64,000 nt of DNA from an uncultured Terracidiphilus sp. Its GTDB lineage: Bacteria > Acidobacteriota > Terriglobia > Terriglobales > Acidobacteriaceae. The position numbers and the translations under genes are program-made. Under the pieces are notes generated by a model. It was given only the letters and a program-made list of their open reading frames with translations. It was not told the origin of the DNA and searched no databases. Positions 56,159-64,000 of this stretch are shown in pieces (position 1 is the first letter of the stretch; the number at the start of each line of letters is the position of its first letter). Location of the stretch: positions 4,008-68,007 of the forward strand of contig CAZGUD010000032.1 of NCBI GenBank assembly GCA_964528915.1, given 5' to 3'.

Positions 56159-57211
56159 CTAGTCTACGAGAGTGACAACGCGGCTAAGATGGCGGGGAGA
56201 GTCGGGATCGAGTCCCTTCCGCAATCCAAGACGGCAACCGAGCAACTGACCCCACACTACATAGACGGCGAGCCGGGCAAGTTCAGGCCCAGTTAACGCG
56301 AGTTCAATGGCCAGATCGGCTGAATTGATTACTTCAGGCGAAAGCTGATTTGCAATGGCCACGGTGCAGCCACCGAGACCCTTCATCTCCATCAATACCG
56401 CGCTCTCTTCAGCGTAGCCCGCTTCTGAGAGCAACGCCCCCACCAGAACCTTCTCAGACATTATGGACATGGGGCCGTGACGGAATTCGAGCGTATGAAA
56501 GAACTGAGCGTAGCACGATGAAGACTCCATGACTTTAAGGGCCGATTCCGACGCAATGGGGTACAGCGCGCCCTGACCTAGAAAGGCCACGTCGTCAAAC
56601 GATCTTTCAGCAAATTCTTCAATCGTGGGACCGTAAATAGGCAGCATCCCTGCCAGGGCCGCGGGCAATGAGCGCAACGCCTCAACAAACTCATCTTGCC
56701 CGGCGAAACGAGCCGCAATATATTGCAGCGCTATCAGCATCGAGGTGAACGATGAAGTCATCACCGTGCTCGCCTCTGTCACTGGTAATTTAAGCGTCCG
56801 CGTGCTCAGCTCGGTAAGTTCGTTGCCGTCGCAGGTGACTGCCAGGAATTCGACGCCGCGCTGCCTGAGGATTTCTGCTACCTGCAAGACCTCGGAGGTA
56901 TGCCCCGAACGGGAGATCAGAACCGGGAAGATGGCTGCGTCTTTGATGGGAAATGCCAGCTTGGGAGCCAGGAGTATTTCAGAGGCCGGTACCGCCCGCG
57001 CGGGCGCGCCCCCCAACATCGTGAACGTGGCCGCTGCGGCTTGGGCCAGATAGTAGCTGGTGCCGCATCCGACAAAAACCCACTCATAATTACGAGGAGC
57101 TTTATCGCCGACCAGCGACTCCAAATCGAGCTTGTCTAATGTATTGAGGCACTGGCCCCAAACTTCGGGCTGGCTGTGGATTTCGCGTAGTGTCGATGAT
57201 CCGCTTTCCAT
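56159..57211 (-). CDS. agaS: Double-SIS-domain amino-sugar-phosphate deaminase/isomerase, AgaS-like
   Basis: TLREIHSQP, GCGTSYY, ISRSGHTSE, VMTSSFTSM, ESALKVME and EFRHGP. Confidence 0.8.
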   Translation of the reverse strand: MESGSSTLREIHSQPEVWGQCLNTLDKLDLESLVGDKAPRNYEWVFVGCGTSYYLAQAAAATFTMLGGAPARAVPASEILLAPKLAFPIKDAAIFPVLISRSGHTSEVLQVAEILRQRGVEFLAVTCDGNELTELSTRTLKLPVTEASTVMTSSFTSMLIALQYIAARFAGQDEFVEALRSLPAALAGMLPIYGPTIEEFAERSFDDVAFLGQGALYPIASESALKVMESSSCYAQFFHTLEFRHGPMSIMSEKVLVGALLSEAGYAEESAVLMEMKGLGGCTVAIANQLSPEVINSADLAIELALTGPELARLAVYVVWGQLLGCRLGLRKGLDPDSPRHLSRVVTLVD

Positions 57212-57654
57212 CGTGCTTCTCCCAAACTTGTTAGCGTCGTTCCTGGGCGGGCCCAGAGAATATGGTTACAGTCACCAGTTTTGTATTCTTCTGCATCTAC
57301 ACTAGGCTCAACAATGCGGTTAAAATGAAATAATAGCATATAATTCGAAATCCATCGCAACATAAAACGAGCCTGAGATCGAAATTGCCCGTGACGCTCT
57401 TTTCCCTCCGTTACACCTGTTGGAACTCATCTGCCGAGCCCATTTGGCCCCTGTGCAAACCCCTACCAGGGGCTGTCATGGCAGCCTCAAGGTGAAGAGA
57501 ATGGTAACGGTTGGAGGATTTCGCAATTGGCTTTGAGTCCTGGTCTCCCGGTCGCGGTGCTCCGGATTTCGTTGACCGCGTACGCAGATCTTTCACTTCG
57601 GAGCTTTAGCTAAAGAAACGAAAGAACAGCGTAGAATAGATTGCAGTTTAATGG

Positions 57655-60153
57655 ATGGCATCTCTTATGGAATCTCCGCGTTTCGCCCTGGGGTTACTCC
57701 TGATTTTTGCTTCGCTGCCATTGATCACCGCGAGCAGCATCCGCGCGCAATCCGCGCCCTCCCGGCCTCACTCGATCCGGGGCGGCAATCTCGCCGTTGA
57801 GACATTCGACGACGGCTCCTATGCCTTGCGGTCATCGGCGATTCCCGGAGATGTCCTGCGTTCCGAGGTCGTGGTCGATACATCCGCGGGAATCCTTAGA
57901 TCCTCGCTTTATCCCAACCATCTCGCCAACCTTGCGCCGTTCCATGACGAGTTGGGATCGGGAAACTCGCTCACAGTCACCCATAATGGCTTACCCGGGA
58001 TGCCGAGCCTGATCTGCGAATTTCGTGTCTATGAGGACCAGCCCTGGGGAGATATACAGGTGACTGTATTGAATACGACCGCGTCAAGCATCGCGGTGCG
58101 AGCCATCCACATTGTGAAGAGCAGCGCCGGCGACGCGGTCAAATTGAATGGCCCTGCCTCGGATGACCGTGTGCTCTCTGACAATTTCAGTGAGAACCCG
58201 GTGCAGCTTATGGATCTTGGCCAACCCGCCGACGGCCTCCACCTGGCTTTCGGAAGCCAGCTCATTTACAACCAGAAAAGCGAAGAGAGTCTTTTTCTGG
58301 GGGCGCTTTCCGCTGACAAGTTCCTTACCGGTTTCCATCTGCTCGGCTCCGTCGGGCCCGATGCCCATGTCCTCTCCTACGACGTTGCGGATGCTGGAAC
58401 CAACGAGGCATTGCAAGACCAGTACAAGGACTACCCACCCGCGAATAACGTTCCCCTGCGCGTCCAGGTTACGGCTGGAGCAAGCATCAGCTCTGAACGC
58501 CTGATGTTTGCCATTGGCACCGGCTATCATGCCCAGCTTGAGAATTACGGACGCGCGATTCGCAGCCTCCACAAGCCGCCGGTTTCAATTGCGGCGCCCA
58601 TCATGGGCTGGTGGAGCTGGACAGCTTACTACTACGGAATAACGCAGAATGCGGTGCTGACTAACGCCGCGTGGCTGGCGCAGAATCTCGAGCCGCTCGG
58701 CTATCGATTCTGCTTTGTGGATGAGGGCTATCAGTTTGCCCGCGGTGAATATGCCACTCCGGATGCAAAGGGATTTCCGAAGGGCATGTCCTTCGTGACT
58801 CACCGGGCGGAAGATCAAGGCCTGACCTTTGGGCTGTGGGTGGCGCCTTTTCAGGTGTCGGAACGTTCATGGGTATATGAGCACCACAAAGACTGGCTGG
58901 TGCACAACCTGAATGGAGAACCGATTCACATCGGCTCGGTCGGCGGTAAAATCGATCAACTTTACGCGCTGGACCCAACCAATCCGGGCGCACAGGATTA
59001 TCTGCGCAATACCTATCGCACGCTGGTAAACGACTGGGGCGTGCGTTTCATCAAAATGGACTTTATGGACAATTCGGCCGTTGAGGGCGTCTACTATCGC
59101 CCCAACACCACCGCACTTGAGGCGCTGCGCATCGGCCTTGAGGTAATTCGGTCGACGGTGGGAGATGACGTGATACTCGATAAGGACGGCAGTTTTATGC
59201 TCACTCCGGTTGGGATTGTGAATACCGGCCGCATAGGGCAGGACACCGGCCACACCTTTGGCTCAACACACGACGCTGCGACCGGCGTGGCCGCGCGCTA
59301 CTATATGAACCGTAATTTCTACATCTCCGATCCGGATGCCTTCACGGTTTCCAAGCAAGTCATCGGGGATCGGATTTGGCATGGCAACACGGCTCCGCTA
59401 AGCCTCGAGGAGGCCGAGGATTCCATCGCCCTCGCCGCCATTGCAGGCGGCATGTTTGAAATCGGCGACGACCTTCCCGCGCTGGGCGCTTCTCCTGAAC
59501 GTGTCGCATTGGTGAAGAATGCCGGCCTGCTCGATATAATTCGCCTCGGCCGCGCTTCAGTGCCCCTCGACCTTATGACTTACCGGCCAGAGGACAAGCA
59601 GCCAAGCATTTTTCTGCTGAAGGAAAACCAACGGCAACAGATTCTGACCATCTTTAACTGGACCGAACAGACACTCAGTCATACGCTTTCGCTCAACGCT
59701 CTCGGCCTGAATGCCAAAGACACATACACGGCGACCGACGTGTTGCGAAGCGGCGATTTGCCCATCGAAGGCGGAGCGCTCGCCATCACCCTCCCCCCGC
59801 ATTCCGTTCGTATGCTGAAGATGATTGACTCGTCGGTGCCCGATACTGACCCTGCCTTTGGTGCGCATGCGCCGGCAGACGCTGAGGCCGGCGATATGGT
59901 TCAGTTCCATGCTGCTGAAGATAGTGCCGAAGCGCCGGTGCTCAAATACCACTGGGAGTTTGGTGACGGCGTGAGCGCCGACGGTGCGGATGTTTCGCAC
60001 GCATACACCCAGGCCGGCCAATATACGGTGACCGTGACTGCCACCGGGCTCAGTGGGCGCACCCTGCAACACACGCTTGGAATCTCTATCTCAGGAGCGG
60101 TGCCCACGGCTTACAACCCTGCCGCGAAGGAACGGTACAGCGCACCCAATTAA
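57655..60153 (+). CDS. GH36/GH27-clan alpha-galactosidase or alpha-GalNAcase with C-terminal PKD domain
   Basis: GWWSW, VDEGYQ, FGLWVAPF, LDPT.P, FIKMDF, RIGQD and DPD; PKD WEFGDG...HAY...GQYTVTVT. Confidence 0.87.
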   Translation: MASLMESPRFALGLLLIFASLPLITASSIRAQSAPSRPHSIRGGNLAVETFDDGSYALRSSAIPGDVLRSEVVVDTSAGILRSSLYPNHLANLAPFHDELGSGNSLTVTHNGLPGMPSLICEFRVYEDQPWGDIQVTVLNTTASSIAVRAIHIVKSSAGDAVKLNGPASDDRVLSDNFSENPVQLMDLGQPADGLHLAFGSQLIYNQKSEESLFLGALSADKFLTGFHLLGSVGPDAHVLSYDVADAGTNEALQDQYKDYPPANNVPLRVQVTAGASISSERLMFAIGTGYHAQLENYGRAIRSLHKPPVSIAAPIMGWWSWTAYYYGITQNAVLTNAAWLAQNLEPLGYRFCFVDEGYQFARGEYATPDAKGFPKGMSFVTHRAEDQGLTFGLWVAPFQVSERSWVYEHHKDWLVHNLNGEPIHIGSVGGKIDQLYALDPTNPGAQDYLRNTYRTLVNDWGVRFIKMDFMDNSAVEGVYYRPNTTALEALRIGLEVIRSTVGDDVILDKDGSFMLTPVGIVNTGRIGQDTGHTFGSTHDAATGVAARYYMNRNFYISDPDAFTVSKQVIGDRIWHGNTAPLSLEEAEDSIALAAIAGGMFEIGDDLPALGASPERVALVKNAGLLDIIRLGRASVPLDLMTYRPEDKQPSIFLLKENQRQQILTIFNWTEQTLSHTLSLNALGLNAKDTYTATDVLRSGDLPIEGGALAITLPPHSVRMLKMIDSSVPDTDPAFGAHAPADAEAGDMVQFHAAEDSAEAPVLKYHWEFGDGVSADGADVSHAYTQAGQYTVTVTATGLSGRTLQHTLGISISGAVPTAYNPAAKERYSAPN

Positions 60154-60644
60154 GCCGGTTCCGCAAGTCCGGTTCGAAACATTGCGATGGCCTCGATCTC
60201 TACCAGTAACTCCGGCCGGCACAGATGGGCCTGGATGCCGGTTGACGCGGGCAGCGGATCGAGCCCCTGCTCTTTGAAAAACGCGGTGCGCTCTTCGTTG
60301 AACGCTTCATAGTCGCGATCGATATCGCGCAGGTAGCAGGTGGTGCGAACCACATCATGCCATGTGCAGCCTTCGCTCTCAAGCAGGCCGGTGATGTTCT
60401 GAAATGTTCGCTGCAACTGGGCCCGGAAGTCTCCGATATGGACGCTCTCGCCACGCTCGTTAATTGAGGCCGTGCCCGAAATCAACAGGATCGTGAGACC
60501 ATTCAAATCGATCCGCATCCCGCGTGAGAACGAACTCGGCTTGGCATACGCGAATGCCTCATTAAGCACGTCTCGGTTTGTCATCGCGCTCTTCTTAATC
60601 GGCGTGCGCGCTAGAATTTTCACAACATCTCCAAAATCATTCAT
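60150..60644 (-). CDS. YjgF/Rid-family protein resembling the chorismatase (FkbO/Hyg5) C-terminal domain
   Basis: SFSRG, ISGTASI, GESVH.GD..AQ..T..NI and LCRPELLVEIEA. Start is ATG 60644 or GTG 60623. Confidence 0.8.
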   Translation of the reverse strand: MNDFGDVVKILARTPIKKSAMTNRDVLNEAFAYAKPSSFSRGMRIDLNGLTILLISGTASINERGESVHIGDFRAQLQRTFQNITGLLESEGCTWHDVVRTTCYLRDIDRDYEAFNEERTAFFKEQGLDPLPASTGIQAHLCRPELLVEIEAIAMFRTGLAEPA

Positions 60645-60685
60645 GAGCTTGGTCTCGATCCTGTCTGACGGTATCTTCGATATGT

Positions 60686-61972
60686 TCAAGTCGTCAACTG
60701 GGTTGCAATCCAGCCGCAAATTTCTTCCGGAGTCGCGGCTTGTCCCTCGTTCCATGCCAAGCTCTTGCCCTCCGGCGGAATCGCATACGCCGAATTCAGA
60801 TGCTCTGACACGCACAGGCAGATGGTTTGGCGATGTTCCGCATACCTTGATGCAGAAAGCCAGGCATAGCGCGCGAGAATCATCGCGTCGATTGCACTGT
60901 TCTCGGGGTCGTCCACATCGGGAAGCGAACTAACCCTCTGTTGATTCTCAAAGACGGCAATGCTGGTGAACGGTTTGGGTTTGCTGCGCATTCCAAAACG
61001 GGCAATCATCGTTCTCGGCCGGGCACGACGAATCGCCTCTGAAATCGCCCATTCTACAAATGCGCTGGGGAAAATGAATGCGCCGTTTCCGCTGAGAAAC
61101 AGGTCGATCACGAATCTCCGCAGCCTTGGCTGGCCCGCTATTTCCGGCGGCCAAAGGCCCCAGCCGTCCCAGGCTTCGCTCCTCAGGTTCGCGACGATTT
61201 CGTCGGTGGCTCGAATGATCTTGGGAGTCTTGTTCAGTTCCGCGAGGAATCGTTCGCGAATCGGCTTGAGCGCTAAATAGTTCAAGCAGGAAACGGACAT
61301 GGCGGATTCGGGAGTGAGCATGCCGCTCATTTTCCCTTCTGCGTCGATGAGCCACAGGTCGCTGCTCTCGGCGTTATCTTGCCGCGCCGCCAATGCTGCG
61401 ATCGCGTCGAGCCCGGGCTGGCCCTTCATCGCCAGTTCGCACAGCCTTTCAGAATCGCCCGCTATTTTGATCTCCCGACCGCGCGGATCCCATTCCTTCC
61501 AGGCTGACTGCGCATCGACGGGCAGGTTGCCGGGAAGAAAAAGCATTATCAACCGAGTAGAGCCTGGTTGAGCCGGCGCTGAATCGCGCCCGGCGGCGTT
61601 GATCGCATCGAAGACCCTTTCCACTTCCTGGCGCCACGCCGCGTAATATTCTGACCGCGCTAATTGACTGGCATTCTCAATCGTGTCGGCGGACTCTGAG
61701 AAATCCCAGTGACTTACCCCCATCTTGGTTTCCAGCGCCCGCAGCGGACCCGTCAGCGTGTTGATCGCCGCGGGGCTGAACGACTCAGCGCCTCTCATGA
61801 ATTCCACGAGGCGTTGTTGCTCGAATGGAAAGAGCGTTCCCCACTGGCTCACTTGTTGATTCAGCGCAGGCCGGATGGTAATCGGCAATCGCGCAATCAA
61901 CGGGCGATACGTCTCCGGAAGCGGCGCTCCCTGCTGCGATTTGACGGGCCGATCGTTCAACGCGCTTACCAT
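60686..61972 (-). CDS. Hypothetical protein
   Basis: About 428-aa ORF; ATG 61972 after SD-like AGGA, 7 bp from the upstream stop. No family recognised. Confidence 0.8.
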   Translation of the reverse strand: MVSALNDRPVKSQQGAPLPETYRPLIARLPITIRPALNQQVSQWGTLFPFEQQRLVEFMRGAESFSPAAINTLTGPLRALETKMGVSHWDFSESADTIENASQLARSEYYAAWRQEVERVFDAINAAGRDSAPAQPGSTRLIMLFLPGNLPVDAQSAWKEWDPRGREIKIAGDSERLCELAMKGQPGLDAIAALAARQDNAESSDLWLIDAEGKMSGMLTPESAMSVSCLNYLALKPIRERFLAELNKTPKIIRATDEIVANLRSEAWDGWGLWPPEIAGQPRLRRFVIDLFLSGNGAFIFPSAFVEWAISEAIRRARPRTMIARFGMRSKPKPFTSIAVFENQQRVSSLPDVDDPENSAIDAMILARYAWLSASRYAEHRQTICLCVSEHLNSAYAIPPEGKSLAWNEGQAATPEEICGWIATQLTT

Positions 61973-61979
61973 TCCTGTC

Positions 61980-63149
61980 TCACAGCCCGGGCAATGGCGT
62001 CCCGGGAAGATCAAGATCTTTGATTCCGAATAATCTGGCAATCGTGGGACAAATGTCGATGTGCTGCACCGGACGTTCCACTACATCAGGCGACCGAGCC
62101 GCTTCGCCCAGGCACATCAACCATGTCAGGTTGGTTGAATCGTCCAGCGCGCGGTGATTGAAAAAGCCGTTGGTGCTCGAGCCGTCAAAATCGCGTCCGA
62201 ATTCGGGCAGAACAAAAAGAGTTGTTCTGCCGCTGTACGAGGGATGCGATTGCACCATCTCCCATAGCTCATAAACCAGGCGATCCATCGTCCGGATGCC
62301 CGCCAGGTGCATGGAGTATGAGCCGAAGTGCGCAACCTCAACATCGGAGAATGTAATCACCATCAAAGAGGGCGCAAAGCGCCGCATCACTTCCGTGCTG
62401 ACCAGGAAAGTGAATTCGTCCCCTGTCACCGGCGCATTGGTGCGCACCAGCTCTTCGATAGCCTGCTCAATTGACTTTTGCATGGAAAGGTCGAGGACCG
62501 AATCATCTCCTGAAATCGACCATCCAAGCCCCTCATAGTCGTCAGCGCTTCTAAGCACGGATTCGAGTTCGAGCTGCATGGCTGCCCGGTCCGCACTGTG
62601 CTCGGGATGCCCTTGTGAGGCCGCACGAATCACCGCATTGATCAGTAGCTGCTTGGGGAAAATTACATTGGCCCCGTAGCGGGGACCGTAGTCGCGCATC
62701 GAACTCGCACCGATTCGGTTGGTCAAGGCCTTATTGCTCGACACCAGCCACGCGTTGTCCTGCGCCAACCCCATGCGCTTGCGCAGATACTCAAACAGCG
62801 TGGGGCTGGCCGGCGGCATCATTCCCCAGTCGTCCAGCCGTTGCCAGTTCCCGGTAATGATGCTTGAGATCGTGTTGTAATGCGAAGTCGCGCCCGTATT
62901 GCGAATGAAGGGATAAAACACGCTCTGCGGAAGCAGATCGCGGTATAGATGAGGAATATTGCCCAGGCCGGTCTTGTGAAAAGTCTCGGCGCGGCGAATT
63001 CCGCCGCATGCCACAACAATGATTTTTCGCTGGTCCTTTGCCGGTCCTCCCGCCGCCTCGTCGGCAAAGATGAGACGACGCGACATCGCCCACTGGTCCA
63101 CCAGCAGGACAGCGGCAGCTTTCAAAACGTCTCGACGCGAGGCATCCAT
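61980..63149 (-). CDS. Alkaline-phosphatase/sulfatase-superfamily-like protein with twin-arginine leader
   Basis: SRRDVL leader; IIVVACGGIR, TSH...SIITG, DVEVAH.G, PEFGR and DICPTIARLFG follow the AP-superfamily layout with altered metal ligands. Confidence 0.6.
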   Translation of the reverse strand: MDASRRDVLKAAAVLLVDQWAMSRRLIFADEAAGGPAKDQRKIIVVACGGIRRAETFHKTGLGNIPHLYRDLLPQSVFYPFIRNTGATSHYNTISSIITGNWQRLDDWGMMPPASPTLFEYLRKRMGLAQDNAWLVSSNKALTNRIGASSMRDYGPRYGANVIFPKQLLINAVIRAASQGHPEHSADRAAMQLELESVLRSADDYEGLGWSISGDDSVLDLSMQKSIEQAIEELVRTNAPVTGDEFTFLVSTEVMRRFAPSLMVITFSDVEVAHFGSYSMHLAGIRTMDRLVYELWEMVQSHPSYSGRTTLFVLPEFGRDFDGSSTNGFFNHRALDDSTNLTWLMCLGEAARSPDVVERPVQHIDICPTIARLFGIKDLDLPGTPLPGL

Positions 63150-63237
63150 TGCTCACCAAAGCTTACCGGGAATCTGCGCGTAGTGCGAGAGTCTTTTCGT
63201 AAGCAGTGACAATTTCGAGGGTGCGGCTAAAACCAAA

Positions 63238-63269
63238 TCTCCCGCAGACGCTTTAACGCCTGCGGGAGA
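63238..63269 (-). terminator. Hairpin/intrinsic terminator after the TonB-dependent receptor
   Basis: TCTCCCGCAG...CTGCGGGAGA stem followed by TTTGGTTTT on the minus strand. Confidence 0.65.
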
Positions 63270-63319
63270 CTTGCTCTCAAAACTGCAGGCCAATTAACGC
63301 CTGCAGGCTAAGTGGCGCT

Positions 63320-64000
63320 TTAGAATACGTACTTTCCTGAAAGCTGGAAGAAGCGCGCATCCGGCGTAAGGTTCTGGAACGATTGCGCCCCAAGGATGTC
63401 ACCGCCTCCGGAGTCGTTGCTTGTATCATCGCTCGGGTTAGCCCAGGAGGGATGATTCAGGAGGTTGAAGGAATCGGCGCGGAATTGGATGTACTGCTCG
63501 TGCCAGACTTTGAAGGACTTGAAAGCCGACATGTTTACGCGTTCAAATCCCGGTCCATACACTTGATTCGATTTTCCGCCGAGATAGTTCATTGCATTTT
63601 GGACACCAACAACTGCGCTGCCATCCGCGACGGACGGTTGTCCAGGAACGGTCGGGAACGGGATCGCGTGGGGGCCCGTCGCGGCATTCCACGGATTGGC
63701 AAATGCGCAAGGGTTATACCAGTTTGTCCTGTTTTTCACCGTGGCCGGACATGATGTTACACCGGCTGCAAGTTGGGTGGGATCCGGCGTGCCTCCCCCG
63801 GCAAACGGATTGCGGATCTTATATGCATACGTATTGCCGCCGTTCGGAGAAGTTCCATTGTCCCATTCATTGATTGAAGTAACCGTGAAGGGCGTGCCTG
63901 TCTGCGCCTGCCAGGTCAGGCTGGTTTGCCATCCGCCCACCAGGTAATCCAACACGCCACCTTCGTGGGCCCACTTCCTGCCTCTCCCAAAAGGCAACTC
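63320..64000 (-). CDS. TonB-dependent receptor, Oar-like (3' part; runs off the window)
   Basis: PFGRG, GGWQ, G.PFTV, WYNPCAF, YGPG..RVNMSAFKSF, QFRADSFNLLNHP and terminal R..QLSGKYVF. Confidence 0.9.
   Translation of the reverse strand, partial: ELPFGRGRKWAHEGGVLDYLVGGWQTSLTWQAQTGTPFTVTSINEWDNGTSPNGGNTYAYKIRNPFAGGGTPDPTQLAAGVTSCPATVKNRTNWYNPCAFANPWNAATGPHAIPFPTVPGQPSVADGSAVVGVQNAMNYLGGKSNQVYGPGFERVNMSAFKSFKVWHEQYIQFRADSFNLLNHPSWANPSDDTSNDSGGGDILGAQSFQNLTPDARFFQLSGKYVF

Noticed and set aside
60645..60815. N-terminal extension of the Rid ORF
   Set aside because: It overlaps the upstream gene; plausible starts lie at 60644/60623.

Overview
GC-rich bacterial chromosomal DNA, most consistent with Acidobacteriota (Terriglobia/Acidobacteriaceae). 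This assignment is inferred from the Acidobacterial-type VWA proteins, an ADOP duplicated permease, an Oar-like TonB-dependent receptor and the REP-like repeats. The left half (1-29.7 kb) holds a hexuronate operon (uxaC, MFS, LarA-family epimerase, uxaE, SDR), a VWA gene pair bracketed by a 156-bp duplication of the SDR 3' end, and a cNMP-domain histidine kinase next to a REC-glutaredoxin-like-thioredoxin-reductase-like fusion. It also carries an atypical LuxR regulator, TSUP/DUF1634, a PIN toxin-antitoxin pair, pruA, an ADOP permease, a DUF5060/DUF4038 glycosidase-like protein, a G1 glutamic peptidase, a CSS-EAL phosphodiesterase and several REP clusters. The right half (30.3-64 kb) is a large amino-sugar/glycan utilisation region: NagB-like deaminase, MFS, two Tat-type Gfo/Idh/MocA enzymes, CBM9-like, esterase, two inverted beta-propeller paralogs, TIM-barrel isomerase, two amidohydrolases, DUF5107-TPR, GH20, agaZ/agaR/pfkB/agaS and GH36. 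It ends with an uncharacterised three-gene unit downstream of a TonB-dependent receptor. I saw no rRNA, tRNA, CRISPR array, transposase or integrase. All family calls come from motif recognition by eye; no searches were run.
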